Origin: a virus
DNA: 14,578 nt
Virus genome (UHGV): UHGV-0349585
Reading direction: 5' to 3' (one strand)
Both the position numbers and the translations under genes were made by a program. The notes beneath the pieces were generated by a model that did not search any database, had not been told where the DNA came from, and saw only the letters and a program-made list of their open reading frames with translations. Position 1 is the stretch's first letter. The number at the start of each line of letters is the position of its first letter. Shown piece after piece: positions 1 to 7,379 of the stretch.

Positions 1-456
1 TCCAGGCTTTGGCTTTAGCCGCTTCGGTTCATCAGCTCTGATGCCAATCCACGTGGTGTAATTCCCTCGCCCGAAATGGTCATCACAGTATTTGGTGAAG
101 GGAACGAGTTTTAATCTGTCAGTGCAGAACGCGCCGCCGACGTATGGAGTGCCATATTTCTTTACCATATCGATAAATGGCTTCAGAACAGGCATTCGCG
201 TCTGAATATCCTTTGGTTCCCATACCGTATAACCATTTGGCTGTCCAAGCTCCGGGTTGATATCAACCTGCAATACGGTGAGCGGTATATCCCAGAACTT
301 CACAACTTCCCTGACAAACCGATATGTCATTGGATGTTCACAACCTGTATCCATGAAAACGTAATGCACGTCTTTACCTGCCCGTCGCTTTTGCTCCATT
401 AGCCAGAGCAAATATGCTGACGTCCTGCCACCGGAGAAACTAACGACATTTATCAT
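1..456 (-). CDS. NinC-position protein with PP-loop (PAPS-reductase-like) N-terminus; partial, C-terminus beyond window edge
   Basis: Minus-strand ATG at 456-454 overlaps ninB stop (ATGA); my own translation begins MINVVSFSGGRTSAYLL, containing an SGGxxS PP-loop motif; open to position 1. Confidence 0.55.
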   Translation of the reverse strand, partial: MINVVSFSGGRTSAYLLWLMEQKRRAGKDVHYVFMDTGCEHPMTYRFVREVVKFWDIPLTVLQVDINPELGQPNGYTVWEPKDIQTRMPVLKPFIDMVKKYGTPYVGGAFCTDRLKLVPFTKYCDDHFGRGNYTTWIGIRADEPKRLKPKPG

Positions 457-893
457 GCAGCCCTGTCTCCCCATCTCGCTTTCCACTCCAGAGCCAGTCG
501 CGCTTCGTCTGACCACTTAACGCCACGCTCTGTACCGAATGCCTGTATAAGCTCTAATAGCTCCGCAAATTCGCCTACACGCATCCTGCTGGTTGACTGG
601 CCTATTACCACAAAGCCATTCCCGTCAAGGTTAGGAACAACGTCCTGCTGCTTTAATGCTGCGGTAAACACACACTTCCAGCTTTCTGCATCCAGCCAGC
701 GACCATGCCATTCAACCTGACGAGAGACGTCACCAAGGCAAGCCCAAAGCTTTCGATTCTGGTCTAAGCTGCGGTTGCGTTCCTGAATGGTTACTACGAT
801 TGGTTTGGTTGGGTCTGGAAGGATTTGCTGTACTGCGTGAATAGCGTTTTGCTGATGTGCTGGGGATCGAATTTCAAAGGTTAGTTTTTTCAT
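453..893 (-). CDS. ninB: NinB (Orf-family recombination mediator), 146 aa
   Basis: ORF-track protein MKKLTFEIRSPAHQQNAIHAVQQ... matches lambda NinB as I recall it, same length and same position upstream of ninC. Confidence 0.85.
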   Translation of the reverse strand: MKKLTFEIRSPAHQQNAIHAVQQILPDPTKPIVVTIQERNRSLDQNRKLWACLGDVSRQVEWHGRWLDAESWKCVFTAALKQQDVVPNLDGNGFVVIGQSTSRMRVGEFAELLELIQAFGTERGVKWSDEARLALEWKARWGDRAA

Positions 894-1086
894 GACTTCC
901 CTCTCTAACAGATTTCAGGTTATTCCACTCCGTTACCGCACTGCGATAATTCGCGGCCGCCACAACAGCGTGGTTAGCGCAGTAGATTTGGCACCCGTTC
1001 TCCATGTCTAATATTGTCGGTGATTTTCCGCACTTACATTTTTTGGCACGCGGTGCGTCTGAACACATTCCGTTAACGGTGTTCAT
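874..1086 (-). CDS. Small Cys-rich (putative zinc-binding) protein in the ren position
   Basis: 70-aa ORF with CKCG...C..YC pattern; GAGGGG-like RBS upstream of ATG at 1086; overlaps ninB start by 20 nt; not lambda Ren. Confidence 0.4.
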   Translation of the reverse strand: MNTVNGMCSDAPRAKKCKCGKSPTILDMENGCQIYCANHAVVAAANYRSAVTEWNNLKSVREGSHEKTNL

Positions 1087-1111
1087 CAGGATACCCCTCG
1101 TTCTTAATCCA

Positions 1112-1145
1112 ATAAAAAAGGGCTACTGTGTAAATAGCCCCTGTT
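1112..1145 (-). terminator. Intrinsic terminator downstream of the helicase gene (tR2-like position)
   Basis: On minus strand: GGGCTA/TAGCCC stem with 7-9 nt loop followed by a T6 run, between helicase stop (1168) and next gene. Confidence 0.55.
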
Positions 1146-1167
1146 ATTAGCTCAGTGATGTAGATGG

Positions 1168-2544
1168 TCATACGTCCGCCCCTTGTGCATATCGTCTGCC
1201 ACGTGCAGCGGGTGCATTTGATGCTGTGCAAATCTGTCTGGCTTCATCCTGGTCACATGCAACAAAGTGTCCGTTGCAGAACCGCTGGTAAACCGTACCA
1301 AGCGAGCCAAAACGGTTTTTCGTCACGATGATTTCAGCAAATGGCGCGGCGCTACTGTTCTCGTCATATACAGCTTCCCGATAGAGCATGATGATTGAGT
1401 CTGCGTCCTGTTCAATGCTTCCTGAATCACGCAAATCTGCGTTTGTCGGGCGTTTGTTTGGTCGCTTCTCAACATCGCGTGAAAGCTGACTCAGGGAGAT
1501 AACAGGCGTTTTCAGGTCTTTCGCCATCGCCTTCAGGCTTCCGGAGATGTGAGCAATTGCGAGGTCGTTGCGATCTGCTTTCGGCTTCTCAATCAGGCCA
1601 AGATAATCCGCCATGATGAGTGACAGGTTGGGATTTTCCTGTTTGTGCCGCTCTGCGATTGAGCGAATTTCTTCTACCGATAACCGCGAGGCATCGACTA
1701 CCCATACATCCAAATCTGCAAGCTGACTCATGCCGTTAGCAACACGCGCCCAGCCTTCGTCATCCATCGATGCAGGATTTCGCAGTACGCTAACCGACAT
1801 CCTCCCGGCGTTGGCAATGCTTCGCTCTGCAATCTGCAATGCGCTCATTTCCATTGAGAAAATCAATACCCCGCGCCGGACGTCAGAACCAGGGATAACG
1901 CGGCTTGCAACGCCTTCGGCAATCTTCAGCGCCAGCTCGGTTTTCCCCATACCAGGACGAGCAGCGATTATCACAAGGTCTTCCGCGTTCATCCCTCCGG
2001 TGATAGCGTCAAGTTCTTCGATTCCGGTCTTCAGGGTATCTGACTCTTCTCCGTTCCTCAGACGCCTGTCAAGCGTGTCAGTGTAGTCAGTGATGATTTC
2101 CCCTAACCGTACAGGTTTAACCTCGTCACGGGGCTTTCTGATGGCTGAAAGACGCTTTACAAGTTCATCCATCGCCTGACTCGATGCGTCGATGGTTCCG
2201 CTCTGAATTGGTTCACGCATTTCATCCATGATTTCCAGCACCAGACGGCGGTGATAGTTATCCGCGACCATTCCGGCATATCCCTTCAGGTTTGCGGCAC
2301 TCGGGCAGTTTTTGCTGGTCATCAGGATTGACGTGAAATGCTCCTCTCCGCACGCCTCGGCAACCATCAGCGCGTCGATTAGGTTTCTGTTTCTCGCCTG
2401 CTTGCGGATAACCTCGAAGGCTTTCCGGTAGAGCGGAATTGAAAACGCTTCCGGCTCCAGCGTTGCCAGAACGTCACTGGCAGTTGGTGTTAATCCACCA
2501 ATCAGCAAGCCACCGATAACGCTCGCTTCGATATCCTGTTTCAT
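1168..2544 (-). CDS. Replicative DNA helicase, DnaB family (phage-encoded, P22 gene 12-like rather than lambda P)
   Basis: 458 aa; Walker A ARPGMGKT; DnaB-like N-terminal and RecA-like C-terminal layout; start overlaps O-like stop (ATGA at 2541-2544). Confidence 0.85.
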   Translation of the reverse strand: MKQDIEASVIGGLLIGGLTPTASDVLATLEPEAFSIPLYRKAFEVIRKQARNRNLIDALMVAEACGEEHFTSILMTSKNCPSAANLKGYAGMVADNYHRRLVLEIMDEMREPIQSGTIDASSQAMDELVKRLSAIRKPRDEVKPVRLGEIITDYTDTLDRRLRNGEESDTLKTGIEELDAITGGMNAEDLVIIAARPGMGKTELALKIAEGVASRVIPGSDVRRGVLIFSMEMSALQIAERSIANAGRMSVSVLRNPASMDDEGWARVANGMSQLADLDVWVVDASRLSVEEIRSIAERHKQENPNLSLIMADYLGLIEKPKADRNDLAIAHISGSLKAMAKDLKTPVISLSQLSRDVEKRPNKRPTNADLRDSGSIEQDADSIIMLYREAVYDENSSAAPFAEIIVTKNRFGSLGTVYQRFCNGHFVACDQDEARQICTASNAPAARGRRYAQGADV

Positions 2545-3371
2545 GCAATCCCCCTGTCTGCAAACTTCCCTTCCCGTACTCCCGTTAACGAATCTTCCCT
2601 CAGCAGGTAATCAAAATCTGCCGTCCAGCCCGTGTCGTTGTCTCCGAAGTAAAACGGCTTGGCCTGATGCACAAACGCCCTGACATACGCTCTGAAACCG
2701 TCCACGTTTGGCGTTTTCAGTTGCGGGATGATTTTCTTCAGGCGGCGTTTGCGTTTCTCGTTGACCGCAACAGCATGTGGAAGTCTGTCACCGACTTCGG
2801 TGTTGTAGGCGTTCAGGAAGGATTCGTAGTCGATTCGTTCTGCCTTGCGACGTTCAGGTTTAACCTGCCCATCGCCGCCCCCGTTAGGGGGTAAGGGGGT
2901 ATTTGTATTTATTGTCTTTTGTATATTGTCTTTTGTGTTTGACTGATTCGGTAAATTGCTTTTTACCGATTTGGTGAAGGTTTGTTTTACCGAATTGGTA
3001 AATGTTTTACCGAATCCGTTAACTTTCGTTTTCCACTCGGAAATGTTTGTATTCATACCAACTTGACGCCCCACCTGAATGAGAACTCCCATTCTGATAA
3101 GCTCGTTTTTGGCGGTAGAGCATTTGGTTGGTGCCATGCCAGTGAGTTCAGCGAACTGTTCGTTTCCGATCCAATCTATTTTTTTGTTGTAACCGTATGT
3201 CTTGCGCCACACAGCCATAACAATCAGTAACTGATGTAGAGTAAGTCCAGAAAGCATGGCGGCTTCTAACAGTGTGTTTGCAGTCCGAGTGTAGCCATCT
3301 TCGAGTTCTGCCACGCGATGCTCCACGACCTCCAGTTGAGGCCTGTAATCAGCTAACTTAACGACGCCCAT
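2541..3371 (-). CDS. Replication initiation protein, lambda O N-terminal-domain family, with iteron-encoded repeat segment
   Basis: 276 aa; [22 protein letters not shown] motif typical of phage O-like initiators; internal repeats [16 protein letters not shown] coincide with DNA iterons; AGGAG RBS before ATG at 3371. Confidence 0.8.
   Translation of the reverse strand: MGVVKLADYRPQLEVVEHRVAELEDGYTRTANTLLEAAMLSGLTLHQLLIVMAVWRKTYGYNKKIDWIGNEQFAELTGMAPTKCSTAKNELIRMGVLIQVGRQVGMNTNISEWKTKVNGFGKTFTNSVKQTFTKSVKSNLPNQSNTKDNIQKTINTNTPLPPNGGGDGQVKPERRKAERIDYESFLNAYNTEVGDRLPHAVAVNEKRKRRLKKIIPQLKTPNVDGFRAYVRAFVHQAKPFYFGDNDTGWTADFDYLLREDSLTGVREGKFADRGIA
2898..3025. repeat. Origin of replication: iterons plus adjacent AT-rich tract inside the O-like gene
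   Basis: TTTTACCGAAT core as three direct copies (about 2961, 2986, 3005) plus one inverted copy (2946-2955); AT-rich tract 2898-2940 with TGTCTTTTGT repeated. Confidence 0.65.
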
Positions 3372-3519
3372 GTTTCACTCCTGCTTTGGCTAGTCTGTAA
3401 ACACCAACAAGGCGCTCTGCGAACGCCCTGTTATTTGCTGCGGCTACCACTAATCCCTCAGGTGAATCAGGGTGTCGAATCTCTTCTTTTTCCTGGTATT
3501 TCTTACGACGTTTTGTCAT
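3358..3519 (-). CDS. Small basic hypothetical protein (53 aa) between cII and the O-like gene
   Basis: My own translation [53 protein letters not shown]; AGGAG RBS 6 nt upstream of ATG at 3519; not in the ORF track (<60 aa). Confidence 0.3.
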   Translation of the reverse strand: MTKRRKKYQEKEEIRHPDSPEGLVVAAANNRAFAERLVGVYRLAKAGVKHGRR

Positions 3520-3553
3520 AATTACTCCTGTGGATTGATCCAGTCTTTCTACA

Positions 3554-3832
3554 TCAGGCCTCGAAGAATTCGCCGTTCTTCGGGGCTTTTTCTTTTGTCA
3601 GCATTCTGGCTACTTTCTTAGCCAGTTCCGCCAACTCCTCGTCTTCAACACCCCATTCAAGAACAGCCAGAAGCATTCCCATTTTTGGGATGAAGCTGTC
3701 TTTCCATCGCGAAATTTGCGATTCATTAATCCCTAACGCGTCGGCAACCTTTCGCTGACCACGTACAGCAATTCGATTCAGGATGTTGCTTGTAATTGCA
3801 TTCGCTTTCTTGCGAGTACTTGTAAGTTGCAT
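3554..3832 (-). CDS. cII: CII-like transcriptional activator (92 aa), diverged from lambda CII
   Basis: Conserved core ALGINESQISRWK...FIPKMGMLLAVLEWGV resembles lambda CII; ATG at 3832 preceded by the lambda-like leader CTAAGGAAATACTTACAT; ORF-track frame extends further upstream but this start has the RBS. Confidence 0.75.
   Translation of the reverse strand: MQLTSTRKKANAITSNILNRIAVRGQRKVADALGINESQISRWKDSFIPKMGMLLAVLEWGVEDEELAELAKKVARMLTKEKAPKNGEFFEA
3557..3596 (+). terminator. Strong intrinsic terminator on the strand antisense to cII, overlapping the cII 3' end (oop-RNA-like arrangement)
   Basis: About 11-bp stem GGCCTCGAAGAA/TTCTTCGGGGC with 7-nt loop, followed directly by TTTTTCTTTT on the plus strand. 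Confidence 0.55.
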
Positions 3833-3859
3833 ATGTAAGTATTTCCTTAGATAACAATT

Positions 3860-3900
3860 GATTGAATGTATGCAAATAAATGCATACACCATAGGTGTGG
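3860..3900 (-). terminator. tR1 region hairpin between nutR and cII
   Basis: Perfect 8-bp inverted repeat TGTATGCA/TGCATACA (3867-3888) plus adjacent CACC..GGTG palindrome; matches lambda tR1 region as I recall it. Confidence 0.5.
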
Positions 3901-3911
3901 TTTAATTTGAT

Positions 3912-3943
3912 GCCCTTTTTCAGGGCTGGAATGTGTAAGAGCG
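3912..3943 (-). promoter_or_regulatory. nutR (boxA and boxB)
   Basis: On minus strand: boxA CGCTCTTA (3943-3936) then boxB hairpin GCCCTGAAAAAGGGC (3926-3912), just after cro. Confidence 0.8.
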
Positions 3944-3950
3944 GGGTTAT

Positions 3951-4160
<210 letters not shown>

Positions 4161-4177
4161 TTAGTACATGCAACTAT

Positions 4178-4247
4178 TATCACCGCTAGAGGTAAAATAG
4201 TCAACACGCACGGTGTTAGATATTTATCCCTCGCGGTGATAGATTTA
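4178..4247. promoter_or_regulatory. OR1-OR2-OR3 operators with divergent pR (toward cro) and pRM (toward cI)
   Basis: 17-bp operators at 4178-4194 (OR1), 4202-4218 (OR2), 4225-4241 (OR3); pR -35 and -10 as AGTCAA and ATTATC on the plus strand; pRM -35 TAGATA (4217-4222) and -10 GATTTA (4242-4247); cI ATG at 4252 is leaderless. Confidence 0.85.
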
Positions 4248-4248
4248 A

Positions 4249-4965
<717 letters not shown>

Positions 4966-5264
4966 AGAGGATAGATGGAGTTTAATGGCCATGAGTATCA
5001 AGCGGTCAAAAAGAAGCTCATCTATTCATTGAAAGCATAAGGCCATCTGAGTATATCCGTAATGATCTGGATATTGTCTATAACATCAATGACCGGACGA
5101 TAGATATCGGTGAGCAGCGTCCTGTATGGCAGGGTGAGGCAGGTGAAAAAACGTCCTGCCATCAACAAGAATCAAGTGCATCCGCTCTCTGGACAGATGG
5201 AAAATTTATTGGATGCAAAAAGATATGAAATAACACCTGTATAGCACGGAGCTTTCTCTGACCG

Positions 5265-5660
5265 ATGCACTTGAAGTTGTTAGGGCTGACCCAGCCTGCT
5301 GTTTCTTTAGAGCTTGCCGAGCGATACATCAACGCAACTGAGCCGAAGCCTAGCGACAGCAGCATTACTGCATATAAAAGCCGCATGGAAAGTGCAATCA
5401 AAAAGTTTGTAGCTTTCCAGTCTGGTGAAGAAATCCCATACACTCCGATTGACAAAGAATCCAGTGAGGAAAAAGATTTGACTGGCGAACCAACAAAAGT
5501 CGAAGGCAAGGCTAATGCACTTCATACCTATGATCTTCCAGTAGTTCTTCGACCTGAATCAGGGGTTACAGTAACGATTAAAGGCATTCCTAACGATATC
5601 ACAAACGAAGAAGCCGAACGCATCTCTTCAATTCTGAAGGTTTACGTTCGGCCTCAATAA
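5265..5660 (+). CDS. Hypothetical protein (131 aa) in the slot occupied by rexA/rexB in lambda
   Basis: Longest ORF between cI and the timm-like terminator, co-oriented with cI; acidic and Lys-rich composition; weak RBS; two antisense ORFs overlap it, so coding status is uncertain. Confidence 0.35.
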   Translation: MHLKLLGLTQPAVSLELAERYINATEPKPSDSSITAYKSRMESAIKKFVAFQSGEEIPYTPIDKESSEEKDLTGEPTKVEGKANALHTYDLPVVLRPESGVTVTIKGIPNDITNEEAERISSILKVYVRPQ

Positions 5661-5833
5661 TGCAAAAGCATTCAGCACAATGTCCAACTCCCCAGTCCGA
5701 CATTGATGCTGTTTAACCAGAGCCTCCAAAAGGAGCCCTTGTTAAGGTACACAATATTTGCGATGTAACCTTAGCGCGTCTGGTACATTTTTTCAAGCGG
5801 TTGTAGGGCTGCCGCCAATATGAGAAAACACAG

Positions 5834-5956
5834 ATGTCTACATACAATTTGAATGACCAATTCGATCGAGAAGTTCATGTGAATGCCTATGAACGGATAA
5901 GGCATGGAAATCTTGAACATGTGTGTGAGCATTATCGCTCAAGGCCACACCGCTAA
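5834..5956 (+). CDS. Small hypothetical ORF (40 aa) immediately upstream of the timm-like terminator
   Basis: My own translation MSTYNLNDQFDREVHVNAYERIRHGNLEHVCEHYRSRPHR; weak GAGA-type RBS; ends 5 nt before the terminator stem. Confidence 0.2.
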   Translation: MSTYNLNDQFDREVHVNAYERIRHGNLEHVCEHYRSRPHR

Positions 5957-5961
5957 TCATC

Positions 5962-5990
5962 AACCCGGCCTCCATGCCGGGTTTTCTTTT
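5962..5990 (+). terminator. Intrinsic terminator ending the cI operon (timm-like)
   Basis: CCCGGC/GCCGGG stem (5964-5981) with 6-nt loop followed by TTTTCTTTT. Confidence 0.6.
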
Positions 5991-6140
5991 CCTCTCGCCC
6001 CAAAAAAAACGCATAACCAATTGTATTTATTTCAAAATTAATAGATACAACTCACTAAACATCGCAATTCAGATCTCTCGATCACCTTCCCAATCCACAC
6101 AACCCTGCAAAAAATAAATCTATATAAAAAACATACAGAT

Positions 6141-6203
6141 AACCATCTGCGGTGATAAATTATCTCTGGCGGTGTTGACATAAATACCACTGGCGGTGAT
6201 ACT
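6141..6203 (+). promoter_or_regulatory. OL3-OL2-OL1 operators and pL promoter
   Basis: 17-bp operators at 6141-6157, 6161-6177, 6185-6201; -35 TTGACA (6175-6180); -10 GATACT (6198-6203). Confidence 0.9.
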
Positions 6204-6242
6204 AAGCACATCAGCAGGACGCACTGACCACCATGAAGGTGA

Positions 6243-6273
6243 CGCTCTTAAAAATTAAGCCCTGAAGAAGGGC
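6243..6273 (+). promoter_or_regulatory. nutL (boxA and boxB)
   Basis: boxA CGCTCTTA (6243-6250); boxB hairpin GCCCTGAAGAAGGGC (6259-6273). Confidence 0.85.
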
Positions 6274-6430
6274 AGCATTCAAAGCAGAAGGCTTTGGTGT
6301 GTGTGATACGAAACGAAGCATTGGCCGGAAGTGCGAATCCGGATTAGCTGCCAATGTGCCATTGCGGGGTGTTTTCGTTCAGGACTACGACTCCCACACA
6401 CAACCAAAGCTAACTGACAGGAGAATCCAG

Positions 6431-6757
6431 ATGGATGCACAAACACGCCGCCGCGAACGTCGCGCAGAGAAACAGGCTCAATGGAAAGCAGCAAATCCCC
6501 TGTTGGTTGGGGTAAGCGCAAAACCAGTTAACCGCCCTATTCTCTCGCTGAATCGCAAACCGAAATCACGAGTAGAAAGCGCACTGAATCCGATAGACCT
6601 TACAGTGCTGGCTGAATACCACGAACAGATTGAAAGCAACCTGCAACGTATTGAGCGCAAGAATCAGCGCACATGGTACAGCAAGCCACGCAGTGAAATG
6701 GGTGTGACTTGTGTTGGTCGCCAGAAAATGAAATTAGGCAGCAAACCACTTATTTGA
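6431..6757 (+). CDS. N: N antitermination protein (108 aa), lambda-like with a divergent C-terminus
   Basis: MDAQTRRRERRAEKQAQWKAANPLLVGVSAKPVNRPILSLNRKPK... with Arg-rich N-terminal motif; AGGAG RBS before ATG at 6431; ORF-track frame 6299-6757 is an upstream extension into the leader. Confidence 0.9.
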   Translation: MDAQTRRRERRAEKQAQWKAANPLLVGVSAKPVNRPILSLNRKPKSRVESALNPIDLTVLAEYHEQIESNLQRIERKNQRTWYSKPRSEMGVTCVGRQKMKLGSKPLI

Positions 6758-6765
6758 GGTGAGAT

Positions 6766-7236
6766 ATGACAATATCATGGAGCGTACCTTTTCCTGAATC
6801 AGAAACTGAACATGATGGAATGCCTGTTTTCTGGAGATTCCAGGCGACAGTTGAAGAATATGGAATCAAAATATTCGCACTTCAATATATAGCTTTTCAT
6901 CAGACAGAGCATTATGCATGGTTGGTTCCTGCGCATTGGATTGTTAATTTTAAACCAGCACCAAATCAGTGGTTACAGGAATGGAAACAAAAGAGAAATA
7001 GATATGCAATTAAGAAAGTAGCAAAAAATGCAGAAAGATCTTTTGCATTCCCAACGAAGAAACTTGCCATTGAAAGTTTATTGCGCCGGAAGAAATACCA
7101 TTTAATGAGAATCAAACAAGATTTGGCTGTTGTATCAACTCTTGTTGATGGGATGAAGAATATTGATACATCAACACCAGATATTGAATATAACTTTGGA
7201 CACAACCAAGAAACAGAAAATTGGGTATTTTATTAG
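6766..7236 (+). CDS. Hypothetical protein (156 aa), AT-rich accessory gene directly downstream of N
   Basis: GAGGTGAG RBS then ATG 8 nt after N stop; visibly AT-rich versus neighbours (by eye); no motif I recognise; Trp/His-rich N-terminal half, Lys/Arg-rich middle. Confidence 0.7.
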   Translation: MTISWSVPFPESETEHDGMPVFWRFQATVEEYGIKIFALQYIAFHQTEHYAWLVPAHWIVNFKPAPNQWLQEWKQKRNRYAIKKVAKNAERSFAFPTKKLAIESLLRRKKYHLMRIKQDLAVVSTLVDGMKNIDTSTPDIEYNFGHNQETENWVFY

Positions 7237-7250
7237 TACGAATAAGCACT

Positions 7251-7278
7251 GTGTATTCATTCCAACGAGTGAATACAC
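7251..7278. repeat. Perfect 9-bp inverted repeat with 10-nt loop
   Basis: GTGTATTCA (7251-7259) and TGAATACAC (7270-7278); no T-run follows. Confidence 0.5.
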
Positions 7279-7340
7279 GGAGCAATGTCGCTCGTAACTA
7301 AACAGGAGCCGACTTGTTCTGATTATTGGAAATCTTCTTT

Positions 7341-7367
7341 GCCCTCCGGTGTGAGGGCAATTTTTTT
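7341..7367 (+). terminator. Intrinsic terminator between the AT-rich ORF and the coiled-coil gene
   Basis: GCCCTC/GAGGGC stem with 6-nt loop followed by AATTTTTTT. Confidence 0.6.
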
Positions 7368-7379
7368 GACGGAGGATAT

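Noticed and set aside
2941-3025. Regularly spaced short direct repeats that could be mistaken for a CRISPR-like array
   Set aside because: Only three or four 11-bp cores with irregular spacing, inside a coding region next to an AT-rich tract; this is an iteron origin, not CRISPR.
1730-3230. Plus-strand ORFs 1730-2086, 2667-2894, 2982-3230
   Set aside because: Embedded antisense within the helicase and O-like genes, which have strong motif support; no RBS.
5162-5525. Minus-strand ORFs 5162-5509 (115 aa) and 5307-5525 (72 aa)
   Set aside because: Antisense to the co-oriented 131-aa ORF, with Ser/Leu-rich unnatural-looking composition and no clear RBS; kept as a caveat because the coding strand in this interval is not fully certain.
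5838-6020. Minus-strand ORF spanning the timm-like terminator
   Set aside because: Crosses the hairpin and AT-rich promoter-proximal DNA and has no RBS; most likely spurious.
6299-6430. Upstream extension of the N reading frame (ORF track starts at 6299)
   Set aside because: The region is the pL leader containing nutL; N starts at the ATG at 6431 with an AGGAG RBS, matching the lambda N N-terminus.
6279-7205. Minus-strand ORFs 6279-6521, 6478-6660, 6966-7205
   Set aside because: Antisense to N and to the AT-rich gene, within the rightward-only pL operon; no RBS or promoter evidence.
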